Below, piece by piece: positions 48,751-60,824 of a DNA stretch of 64,000 bases. The translations under genes and the position numbers were made by a program. Source of the stretch: Isurus oxyrinchus (taxonomy: Eukaryota); the NCBI GenBank assembly GCA_026770705.1, contig JANJGN010000013.1, positions 98,642,001 through 98,706,000 on the forward strand, written 5' to 3'. The notes below the pieces were generated by a model. That model had not been told where the DNA came from. It saw nothing but the letters and a program-made list of their open reading frames with translations, and searched no databases. Positions within the stretch are counted from its first letter, which is position 1. Each line of letters begins with the position of its first letter.

Positions 48751-49332
48751 ATTAGACAACCACACGGCATACAACACTCACTCATGTTGACTTGATGTCA
48801 GCTATGTGTGAAATATGATCATGTGCATAATGATCACTTAAACATTCTTACCTTCACAGTTCTAATTCATGTCTTTAAAAATCCCCTACAGGGCTTTTAT
48901 GCATCCTGCAGGGTGTGGTAGATGAGGATGATGATGATGCCTCAGAAAAAGTCTCACATACAATGAGGGTACACAGTCACAGGACTCATACAGACCATAT
49001 CCCAGCTCAGATACTCATACCTGCTCACCCCACCCTGGTCAGTCAATAACCCAAATGCTGCCTCATGCCCCAGTGGCCAAGTCTGCCTCTGCACATGGTG
49101 GGGTCCTGCTGGGCTCCAAAACCCAGAGGAGATTGGGCAAGAGCATCACAACAGTCAGCTCTGATCTGAGCAGCCTACCTCTAAATCTGCTGAGGTTACA
49201 GTGTTTGAGCCATGTAAAAGTGCTCAGAAGAAGAACAGTAAAGATTTGTAGCTGTAAAGGAGTCTGCACATTATGTTACACAACATTAAATTTGTTTTAT
49301 TTTTGAGTCAAATAAATATTGTCGGTTTCCAT

Positions 49333-50408
49333 CACAGAACCTTAGAAAGGTTATGGTGCAGAAAGAGGCCATTCAGCCCATCGTGTCTGTGCCAACCAAA
49401 AGAGGAAAAAAGAAACTATCTGCACATTTTAATCCCACTTTCTAGCACCTTGTACTTAGCCTTGCAAGTTTCAGCACTTCAGATCCAGATTCAGATACCT
49501 ATTAAATGAGTTGAGCATTTCAGTTTCAACTACCAACTTAGGCAGTGAATTCCAGATGCCCACCACCTTCTGGGTAAAAAAGTTTTTCCTCATGTCCCCT
49601 CTAATCCTTCTGTCAATCACCTTAAGTGTATTTGGTAATTGGCCCCTGAGCTAGGGGAAACAAGCCTTTCCTGTCTACCCTATCTAGGTCCCTCATAATT
49701 TTGTACACCTCAATTAGGTCACCCCTAAGCTGCCTCTGTTCTAAGGAAAACAACCCCAGCCTATCCAATCTCTCCTCATAGCTGCAATTTTCAAGCCTGG
49801 GCAACATTCTTGTGAATCTCCTCTGCACTCTTCCCAGAGCAATTATGTCCTTCCTGTAATGTGACCAGAATTGTACACAAAACTCCAGCTGTGGCCTAAC
49901 TAACATTTTATACAGTTCCAGCATTACATCCCTGCTTTTGTATTCAATACCTCGCCCAATAAAGGAAAGCATTCCATGTGCATTTTTGACCACCTTGTCC
50001 ACCTATTCTGCCACCTTTGACATGCACTCTAAGATCCCTTATTTCCTCCATCCCTCTCAATAGCTTCCCATTTATTGAGTATTCCTTTGCATTGCCCTCC
50101 CCAAATGCATTACCTCACACTTTTCTGGATTGAATTCCATTTGCCATTCTCTGCCCACTCAACCAAACCATTGATATAATTCTGGAGTTGACAGCTATCC
50201 TCTTCACTATCAACTACACGGCCAATTTTTGTGTCATCTGCAAATTTCCCAATCATGCCTCCCACATTTAAGTCTAAATCATTAATATATACAACAAACA
50301 GCAAGGGCCCCAACACTGAGCCCTGTGGAACACCAGTGGAAACTGTTTTCCATTTGCAAAAACATCAATCGACCATTACCCTTTGTTTCCTGGCACTGAG
50401 CCAATCAT
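49333..50408 (-). mobile_element. CR1 3' part
   Basis: ORFs 50110-50316 ([21 protein letters not shown]) and 49622-50002. Confidence 0.92.
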
Positions 50409-50639
50409 TTTCCTGTGTTCCACATTTTTGTTTACCATCTGGCTGGTGACCTTTTCACTTGTGATGAATGGTAAGGCATGAATTGGCACGGAGTAATGCG
50501 TGGCAATGAAAGGGATATTTGGTTGTTTGTATCGTTACTTTATTAGAGAACCTTGCAATATTGAGGTCATCCAGGGGGACATTATGCCCCACTGGTGGTG
50601 CCTTGCCCATATGACATTCCATCTAATCCTCCTCCTCAG

Positions 50640-52270
50640 AATCATCTGAAGCGATTCTGTGCTCTTTATCTTATTCCTCTTGCTGATCCAAACTCAGTGC
50701 TGCACAATGTTGTGCAGCATTCCATCACCATTTTGGAGACCCTGGCTGGTGTGTACTAAAGGGTGCCCCCGGATTTATCCAGACACCTGAAGTGCATCTT
50801 CAACATGGCGATATTTTTGCCAGTAACGCATCTGTTTAGCATATGGCTTTTAATGTTTCATTCCTGGGCGCCTCTGGTTGAGTTCCTCATTGGGTCTCAT
50901 CAGTCATGTTTTAAGTGGGTATCTCTTGTCTTCGAGCAGCCAGCTGGTGAGTCTGCTTCAAGATGTGAAGTGATCAGGGAGGATGGACTGCCACAGGATG
51001 AAAGCATCATGGCAGCTGCCTGGGAATCTTGTACACCTGCAGAAACATCATTGTGAGGTTACACATCAGCTCACATTCATGGAACGGAAGCCCTTGCATT
51101 GATCAAAGCTGCTGTGTGATTTGGATTTGCCTTAATTTCCACATCCTGCACCTATGGGAAGCCAGTTGGAGCCCCAGACCTGATTGCCTGCTCATTCTGG
51201 CTGACATCGTCAAGGGCAAAGTTCACATAATTGCCAGCCCTGGCAATCAAGCCATCAGTCACCTGTCTTACACATTTGTGGTTCACTGATTGTCAGATCC
51301 TGCAAATGTCTGTGGCAGTACCCTGCAAGGATCCGCAGGCAAAGAAGTTGAGGGGAGTAGTGACTTTTACAGTCACTGGTAAAGCATCATCACCAGGTCC
51401 ACTTGGCAGCAGGTCTTGTTCTAGCAGATTGCAAATGTCTGACATCAGCTGACACCAGCTGACACAGGACCCTGAGATTCCTGAGGAACTGCTGTTCAGA
51501 TATGTCGAGGAAGTTTATCTTCTGCCTGCAGACATTGTGGGCTGGATTTTGCCATCAGCGAGCAGGGGGCGGGGCCTGCTCGCCAATGGCAAAATGACGC
51601 GGGATGACGGGGGAACCATTTAAATTTTCAAGATGGCGGAGGCACAGTAAGATCAGTTGTCTGCCTGCCGACCTGTCAATGGCCAGTTGAAGTCATTGAC
51701 AGGATAATTAAAACAATTAAAGGCCCTGCCCGTCCAACCTTAAGGTTGGCGGGCAGGCCAGGAGCTCCAGCGGGCTTCTGAAAAAACATGAAACCTCATC
51801 CACTGGTGGGATGAGGTTTCATGTAGGGTTTTAAAAAGTTTATTAAAGTTTCAGTGAAATTTATTAACATATCCATGAGGGGGACATGTTAAGGTCTTTA
51901 TTATTTTTCTATTCTTAAAGTTTATACAGCTGTCAGCGACCTCCCTCAGACAGCACTTAGCCTCAGGGAGATGTGCGCTGTTTCGTGTGGTGCGCAAAAC
52001 TGCGCACTCTCACATTTGGGGAATCCCCTCCCGCACAGGAATAGCGCTTCCCAGCGGACATCACACTGGGCGGGCCTTAATTGGCCCACTTAAAATGGCG
52101 GTGGGGCCCGCTTCTCCAGCGGGAATCGACTACCCACCCGCTAGAGATTGGGTTGGGCCCGCCCACCCGACAGGCAGAAAATTCTGCCCTGTGTGTCTGG
52201 TATGGCGCCCTGCGAGCAGCACTTCTCTGCTGATTCCCTCTCTCTCCATGGAGCTGCAGGTCTATGAGCA
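50640..52270 (-). pseudogene. Harbinger transposase remnant (split by a MITE)
   Basis: PVTVKVTTPLNFFACGSLQG (about 51320-51380) and IAMLKMHFRCLDKSGGTL*YTP (about 50750-50812). Confidence 0.8.
51539..52189. mobile_element. Harbinger MITE
   Basis: TIRs gggctggatttt and aaaattctgccc. 3-bp TSD tgt. Confidence 0.9.
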
Positions 52271-52278
52271 ACAGGCTA

Positions 52279-52648
52279 TTTTTTTCTAGTTGTTCCTGGA
52301 ATGTGGGTACCACTGGCTGGGCCAGCATTTATTGCCCATCCCTAATTACCCTTGAGAAGGCGGTGGTGTGCTGCCTCTTGAATTGCTGCAATCCATGTGT
52401 TGTAGGAACATCCACAGTGCTGTTAGGAAAGGAGTTCCAGGATTTTGACTTGGTGACAGTGAAGGAGCAGTGATATAGTTCTAAATCAGGATGGTGTGTG
52501 ATTTGAAGGGAAACTTCCAATTGATGGTGTTCCCATGCATCTGCTGCCCTTGTCCTTCAAGGTGATAGAGGTCGCAGGTGATAGAGGTTGCAGGTTTGGA
52601 AGGTGCTGTCGAAGGAGCCTTGGTGAGTTTCTGCGGTGGATCTTGTAG
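52279..52648 (-). mobile_element. 3' fragment of the tRNA-headed LINE family
   Basis: Reverse complement of about 20450-20900 without the mini-PLE insert. Confidence 0.85.
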
Positions 52649-54454
52649 AGCTCGTGCTGTTCCTGCTCTTGCTGCTCCTACTGGTCATCTTTGTCCTCAT
52701 CTGCAGTCCAAAGTAACACAGCATCAGTGGCACCTGATCCAAATTGCAGATCAGGCATCCAAAGTGTAGATGACACCTCCAAAGTTGTAAAAGTTACTTC
52801 TCAGCACAAGTACTGTGAATAAAGCCTTTCACGTAAGCAGGCAGAAAAGTAGTTGTGAGGTTTCAGTACTTATTGGCATATTTCCCTGATATATCTGCAG
52901 CACCCTCATTTGGCATTGTGTTCTAGCATTGCTTTATTGGGGTTTTCCAGGAAGACCAAGAAATTTGTGGACCCACATTTAAATTGCAAAAGCCATGTTA
53001 ATAATGCTGTAATTACATAACTGCTGTAATTGAGCAATTAAAATATTTAAATTGACAACCTCTCTTTCTGGAGGGGATTGTGCACACATACCCAAACGCG
53101 CTGGAGTTAAATGCGGAAGTCAGTGGGTTGGAGCCCACATCCTGACTTGCTCCCATTTTTCTGAACCCCAACCCACATCCAAACACTCACCCAGGTTAAA
53201 AATCTCTCCAATACTACTACTTTCCAATGGGGTTCATCTACAATAAATTCAGCAGAAGGTCTTCAGAAATGGCATTAACGATACGAATCTTTGGGGCATG
53301 TAAGGATTGTCCACTGAAATTACAGCAGATGGTGGGAAAATTCTCACAGAAGTTCAACCCCAAAATCTTTTATTCAACTTTTGTACTTCATAATATAAGT
53401 CATTTCCCCCTACAAACAAATATGTGTAACATACAATATAACGACTACAATCAAAGAATCGTAAGCCATATTTATGAATTGACACAAATTGCACCATAAA
53501 CATATTACTGGATATTGTATGTGGTGCAAAACAAAGATCAACTTTTAACTTGAGAGTGGTCCTACCTGAAGAGTGCAGTGTCTTCTTCAATATTCAGCCC
53601 TTCAATGGTCCACTTAGGCTGGTGGTCTGCCATGAGCCTCTGACCTGCAAACACTGCTTTGGCTTCTTTGGATGTGCTGGTTCCATTCTGTCATTACTGC
53701 CAAATAGGAAAAGATCAACATAAGGAGAAAGCTCTTGAGGTACTTACACTTCAACAACTCTACAAGTAAGCTCTTGGTTGAAGCCTGTTTTGGATAATTC
53801 TGGAAGGTCATATGCTCACATTAATCATCTAAAAATTAGGTATCAAAAGTCTCCTGATGGCACTTTCTTTGATGTGGGCACTTTCACAATACGGGAGGCA
53901 AACTCAGATTGTATGATCTTCTGTAGGATTGTAAATATAATGTGGCCCCAAGTGGATAATGAATCTGCATGTGGAATCAGTATACAGCTTCAGTAATGGA
54001 AGTAATCTTTCTATTTATTTTTTCCCACAGGGTAGGGAACCTATCGCTGTCTGATTCATTTGCTTGGGTTGACATGTGTGGTCAATTCTAACATCCTCAG
54101 GCTTCCCATTGCAGTGCTGCTAGAACATGGGATAGTGAGCTTGGGTTAATGCATAGTTATTTCCTAATCTCGGCTTTGCCATTATAAGGAAAACTAAATG
54201 AAGATCGCACATTAGATTCTGTTGCACACTACTTGGTTCAAGTGCCATTGATGGATACCAGGAATCAGATCACAGTGAGTAGCATAGTGAGATTTAGAAA
54301 ATGGGAAGAGTAGAAACACAGAAAATAGGTTAAGGGTTTTCAGTGCAGTACATCATGGTGTTCTATAAACTGAGCTTCAGTCGTGCACATATAAATGACA
54401 GAATTGTGCAGAAAGGTTACATTTACTTAACAACATGTTAGGCAGAGTATTTGA

Positions 54455-54860
54455 GGGGATGGTGATGTAGTGGTAATGTCACTGGACTCGTTGCCCAGAG
54501 ACCCAAACTGATGCTGTGGGGACTTGGGTTCAAATCTCACATGGCAGCTGGTGGAATTTAAATTAAATTAATTTTTAAAAATCTGGAATTGAAAACTAGT
54601 CTCAGTAATGTTGACCAGGAAACTATTGTCAATTGTCATAAAAACCCACCTGGATCACTAAAGTCCTTTAGGGAAGGAAATCTGCCATCCTTACCCGGTC
54701 TGGCCTACATGTGACTCCAGGCCCACAGCAATAAGGTTTACTCTTAACTGTCCTCTGAACTTGCCTAGTATGCCATTCAGCTCAAGAGTAATTAGGGATG
54801 GGCAACATATGCTGGCCTTACCAGCGACACAGACATCCCATGAAAGGATAAAATAAAAAT
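54455..54860 (+). mobile_element. Full-length tRNA-derived SINE (about 400 bp)
   Basis: A box tgatgtagtgg, B box ggttcaaatct. Body matches 17404-17707 and tail matches 20833-20904. Confidence 0.9.
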
Positions 54861-56239
54861 TGAGCAAGCCTTGATTTTGTTAAACTATACCATTGTACAA
54901 TATAAGGATACAGCAACTGTTTACAACTTTGGTAATTCTTAGCCCTAGTTAATAGTTTGGTGTAGTGCATTGAACCAGTGTAGGAGATAAAATCTTTAAA
55001 TTTACAAGATGACATTGTTCTCTTGCTCAGTTAAGTGATGATGACAAGGATTTTGTCAATTCTTAAGGTTCACTGTCCCCTAAGAATACATGGGGCTGCT
55101 CCAGCATGAGTACGCACTCTGTATCCCAGTGGACACTTGCATTAAATAAAAGAGCACAAATTTTATACAACATTTTTAAAAAATGTATTTTTATAATCCT
55201 TTAAATTATAAACCACAGTATGAGGTTTTACACTGCTTTTCCTATTCTTAAACAAAGATTCTCCTCTGTCTCTGTACCACCACTTACTTTGTCCCACATT
55301 AAGTTTCCCCAACACGAGAGTGGGTGTCAACCAGACAAGTACTGTCTATGGCTTGATCAACAGCATCTTGGGAGTCAAAAGACGTGGGCCACAAACTTCC
55401 AACTACTGTCCACCTGAATATTATGGCGCTGAAAATCCACAGATCAAGTCTCTCCTGCTGGGTACCTCTAGCAGCAAACCCATGTGAGTACCCAGGTCTG
55501 GGGAGATTTTCTATCCTGTATGAAAATGTCAAGTGATTGGTGTATGTTGGGCACCTGCTAGAATAGTAGGGCAGGGTGCAAGGAAGATCTGGTAACTGCC
55601 ACCTCTGAAGCTGTCAGCAGAAAAATGTTAAAGTCCCAGTGTAACACTTGTAAACACGTTTCACCTATTTTGTGAATCTCTTCATGGGTCTAGGCTTTGA
55701 GCCACATTTCACTGCAAGGCTGTTATGCATCCTTTCATCCAATGTATTGACTACAAGTCTTCCTCCAGACTGGGCTGAGGGTGTTGCTGCACTGGAAGTC
55801 CTTGTTCCCTGTCCATACCCCGTCTCACACAACAGGGAAAAGCAAATATGCATGGCAGGCAGATATGGGAATTTGGAACATTTGGGTTCCTTTGAAGTGA
55901 CCGGTCTTTAAATCACAGGACAGACAGCAAAGAGGAACTGGCGAAACAAAGACTTTTGCAACTTTGGTTACTGAAATTGCAACATAATTTTTCACAATAA
56001 ACCATACAGCCCATATATTTGGATCAATTTTAACTCAGTGTTCCCAGCTGACAAAGGGAAGGATTCAAAGTTACAGGGAGTTGTCAGGTTCCAGTTTTCA
56101 CCTGAATTCTTGAGGTGGGAGCAAGAAAATTCACCCAAAGCATGGGGTGTGAGGTGGGGTTACTTGACATAGAATCTTACAGCAGAAGGTCTTTGAAAGA
56201 GCTATCCAGTTAGTCCCACTGGAGGCATGCCTAGCACCA

Positions 56240-57220
56240 AAGAAATGGTTATGGTTATTGGAGGTCAAACATCTTAGCCTCAAGATATTGATGTAGGAAT
56301 TCATCAGGGAAGTGCCCTAGGACCAACTACCTTCAGCTGTTCCATCTGTTACCTTCATTCCATCATAAAATAATGGCATTCACTGATGATTGCAGTGTTT
56401 AATTTTATTCACAACTACTTAGATAATGAAACAGTTCATGCCCACATATAGCAAGACATGGACAACATTCAGGCTTAGGCTAATAAGTGACATGTAACAT
56501 CTGCACCACACAAGAGCCAAACAATGAGTATTATTATCAAACCCCTCACCACCGACCTCCTAGGGGCCACTATAGACCAGAAAATTAACCGCGCCAGCCA
56601 AATAAATACTATGCCTACAAGAGCAAGTCAAATGTTGGATGTTTTGTGGCAAGCAACTCATCTCATGATTTTCCTAAATCCTGTGCACCATCCATCCACA
56701 AGGCACTAGTCAGGAGTGTGATGGAACTCTCTTCATTTGCCTGGCTGCAACAACACTCAAGAAGCTCCACACCATCCAGGACCAAGCAATCCGCTTGATC
56801 AGCACCCCATCCACCACCTTAAACTTTACTATCATCCAACACAGGTGAGCTGTGGCTGCAGTGTGTACCATATACAAGATGCACTGCAACAACTCGGCAT
56901 GGTCTCCATGATAGCACCTCCCAATGTGGCACCTTCATTACCTAGAAGGACAAGGGCAGAAGATTAATGGGAACACCACCACCTTCAAGTTCTCCTCCAA
57001 ATCACACACCATTCTGACATGGAAATATACTGGTGTACCTGCATCGCCCTAGATTAAATCCTGGAAATCCCTGCCCAACAACACCTGCTTGTAACTTTGC
57101 CACACGGTCTTAAATGGCTCAAGAAGGCAACTCAACACCACCTTCTAGAGAACAACTAGGGATAGGTAATAAATACTGTGCTTGATTGCAATGACCACAT
57201 CCCTTGAATGAATAAAAAAA
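56240..57220 (+). mobile_element. Older 5'-truncated copy of the tRNA-headed LINE family
   Basis: Colinear with 19750-20904 (ttggaggtcaa, gaccagaaaattaac, caacactcaagaagc, tail tgaatgaataaaaaaa). Confidence 0.85.
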
Positions 57221-57859
57221 TCTCCGCTGGTCTTTCTGCATAGCCCTCAAAATTTTCTTTTTCAGTATTTATCTAATTCCCCTCTGAAAGTTACCATTGA
57301 GTCTGCTGTTACTACCCTTTCAGGCAGTGCATTCAGATCATAATAACTTGCTACATAAAAAATGTCTTCTCATTTCCCCAACTTCCCATCCACATGACAC
57401 TCCCCATCCACCACTGCATGCTAGATCCTGATGACGTTTCAGGTCTTCCATAACAGGGATTTATCCCCCCTCCCTCAATTGAGGGGCCCCCGAGGAATGT
57501 CCAGGCAGCTGATCCAACCACTTGCTACCAGGTGACCATCAGGCCCTATGACTTTCTGCAGCTTCCACTGATCTCCTCTCTGGAATAGATGAAGAATGGC
57601 TAACAGCATTTAAATGAGGTCTAGGAAGTAAAATACACCAGGCCTCATTTCTGCAATACTGAGTGAGTTTCCAGTCACACCACTGATCACTCAGATGTGA
57701 ACGCAATTAAAAGTGGGGCTTCAGTCCAGCCTGTGAGCTTCATGTCACCTTATCAAATTCTATTATATTCCCAAAACTGTGGCTCTGGATACTGATAGAA
57801 TCATATAATGGTTACAGCACAGAAGGAGGCCATTTAGCCCATCATCTCTGTGCTGGCAA

Positions 57860-60178
57860 ATTTCCAGGTCCCGATGGACTACATCCTAGGGTCTTAAAAG
57901 AGGCGGCTAATGAGGTAGTCAATGCGCTGGTGTTAATTTTCCAAAACTCGTTAGACTCTGGAAGGGTTCCATTAGGTTGGGAAGAAGCAAATATAACCCC
58001 TCTATCAAGAAGGGAGGGAGGCAGAAAATAGGAAACTATAAACCAGTTAGCTTAACTTCTGTCGTGGGGAAGTTATTAGAATTGACCATTATCATGACGC
58101 TATTAATGTATATAATGTTATTGGAAATTTTTTTTTAAATAGACATTTAGTCTGTGGGTGTATCTGTGTGTGTTTTAATTGGATTAAAGCCAGCTAGTCT
58201 GGGTGCTTTGATGTATAGTAGTTTTTGAGATCTACAAAGGTACATTTGCATTTTGTTGAATAGAGCATTCAAGGGTGGGAGATAAATCTTGCACCTAACT
58301 AGGAGGCATTAAGCAATATGTTTATATTACTAATAAAACTGGTACTATGAAAGGAGTTTTATTGTTAGAAGAGGTGGATGGAGTTCAAAGGGCCTGGTGA
58401 TACAATGAGAATTTATATTCAAAGAGAAGTGCTGGGTATAACAGAAAGCAGTTTTGTGTGTGTAGGGCAGAGGCATATAACATCAAAGCAGCTGTAAGCC
58501 TACAACTGTCTGCAAAGGAACCAAAGTGAAAGGGACCTCATTTTGAATTTGTAAGGTGAAAATGCTTTGCCTGGTGTCCGCTTAAAGCCTATGGGTTGTT
58601 GTTGCCTAAGTGGGGATTAATTTGGGAATTTGTTAAAAAGTTATGATAGTAGTAATTTGCAGCCATGTGTAAATGAATAAATGCCTCATGTAGTTTGATA
58701 TAAAAACCTGATAGCCTTATTCCTGAATTTAGAGCTGCAACTCAGAACATACTACTTGAAAATATAAGTTATGACAGTTGTTTAAAGTTTCCCTCTGGAG
58801 TTTTAAATAACAGCCTTTACCAACTGCTGTGTCATAACAATCATTAAGGAGGTTATAGCTGGGTGCTTAGAAGAGCTGAAGGAAATCGGGAAGAGTCATC
58901 ATGGTTTTGTGAAAGGAAAATCATGTTTAACCAATTTATTGGAGTTTTTTTGAAGGAGTAACATGTGCAATGGAAAAAGAGGAGCCTGTAGATGTACTGT
59001 ACTTGGATTTCCAGAAGGCATTTGATAAGGTGCCACATCAAAGATTATTATGGAAAGGGGTAACATGTTAACATGAATAGAAGATTGACTGGCTGGCAGA
59101 AAGCAGAGATTATGCATAAATGGGTCTTTTTCTGATTGGCAGGATGTAACGAGTGGAGTCCCACAGGGATCTGTACTGGGGCCTCAGCTTTTTACGATTT
59201 ACATCAATGACTTAGATGAGGGGAGTGAAGACATGGTAGCTAAATTTGCAGATGACACAAAAATAGATATGAAAGTTGTGAAGAGGACATGAGGAGGTTG
59301 CAGATTGATATAGATAGGTTGAGTGAGTGGGCAAAGATGTGGCAAATGGAGTTTAATGTGGGAAAATGTGAAATTATTCACTTTGGCAGGAAGAACAAAA
59401 AAGCAGAGTATTACGTAAATGGAAAACAGCTGCATAATTCTGAGGTGCAGAGGGATCTATGCGTTCTAGCAGGAGTCACAAAATGTTAGTATGCAGGTAC
59501 AGCAAATAATTAAAAAGGCTAATGGCATGTTATCCTTTAATTTGAGAGGGATTGAACATAAAATTAAGGATGTTATGCTTCAGTTTTACAGGGCTTTGGT
59601 GAGACCGCATCTCAAATACTGTGTGCAGTTTTGGTCTCTTTATTTAAGGAAGCATGTAAATGCATTGGAGGCGGTTCAAAGGTGGTTTACTAGATTGATA
59701 TCTGGAATGAGTGGATTGGCTTATGAGGAAAGGTTGGACAAGCTGGGCTTGGTTCCACTGGAGTTTAGAAGAGTGAGGGGTGATTTGACTGAAGAATACA
59801 AGATCATGAACGGCCTTGATAAGGTGAACATCGAAAGGATGTTTCCTCTTGAAGGTGAGTCCAGAACTGGGGGGCACTGTTTTAAAATTAGGGGTCGCCC
59901 TTTTAGGACAGAGATGAGGAGAATTTTTTTCTCTCAGAGGGTTGTGCGACTTTGGAATTCTCTGCCTAAGAAGGTGGTGAAGGTGGGGTCATTGAATATT
60001 TTTAAGGCAGAGGTAGATAGATTCTTGTTAGGCAAGGGAATCAAAAGGTTATCAGGTTAGATGAGAATGTAAAAATTGAAACACAAGATGATCAGCCATG
60101 ATCTTAATGAATGGCGGAGCAGACTTGAAGCGCCGCATGGTCTACTCCTATTCCTATTTCTTATGTTCTTATGACTCT
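57860..60178 (+). mobile_element. CR1 LINE RT region and 3' tail, interrupted by a solo LTR
   Basis: [43 protein letters not shown] 59491-60060, tail ttcttatgttcttatg. Confidence 0.92.
58090..58839 (+). mobile_element. Solo LTR (probably Gypsy-type), 750 bp
   Basis: Termini tatcatgac and gtcataaca (TG..CA inverted repeat, 5' G mutated). TSD accat and atcat. AATAAA at 58676-58681. Cleanly interrupts the CR1. Confidence 0.75.
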
Positions 60179-60199
60179 TTGAAGGATTAATTCACCTAC

Positions 60200-60822
60200 T
60201 ACCACTCCCCCACAGCTCTGCACATTCTTCCTTTTCAGATAATAATCCAATTCTTTCTTGAATGCTTCAATTGGATCTGCTTCCTCCACACTCTCAGGCA
60301 GTGCGTTCCAGATCCTAACCACTTGCTGCTTGAAAAAGTTTTTCCTGGTGACACCATTGCTCCTTATCCAATCACCTTAAGTCTGTGCCCTTTTCTTCTT
60401 GATCCTCCCACCAACGGGAACAGTCTTTCCCTATCTGGCCTCATGATTTTGAATACTCCTAACAAATCTCCTCTGAACTTTCTGATCTTCAAGGAAAACA
60501 GTCTCAACTTCTCCAATTTCTCTTTGTAACTATAATTCCTCATCGCTGGAACCATTCTTGTGAATCTTTCCTCCCTCTCTACTGCCTTCACATCCCTCCT
60601 GAGGAATGGCACCTGGAACTGGGTGCAATACCCCAGTTGAGGTCGAACCAACATTGTGAGCAAGTTTAAAATTACTTCCTTGCTTTTGTACTCTATATCC
60701 CTATAATAAAGCCCAGGATGCTTTATTAACCATTCTCTCAACCTATCCTGCCACCTTCAATGATTTATGCATATATACGCCCAGCTCCCTTTGCTCCTGC
60801 ACCCCTTTTAGAATTGTACCCT
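60200..60822 (-). mobile_element. CR1 3' fragment
   Basis: ORF 60364-60741 IEYKSKEVIL..LVRPQLGYCTQF..KGHRLKVIG. Confidence 0.85.
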
Positions 60823-60824
60823 CT

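Larger units (their letters stand above)
46734..53209. mobile_element. Second, older Harbinger transposon with nested CR1, MITE and LINE tail
   Basis: Imperfect TIRs gagggaatttaaacc and ggttaaaatctctcc. Convergent Myb and transposase remnants inside. Confidence 0.65.
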
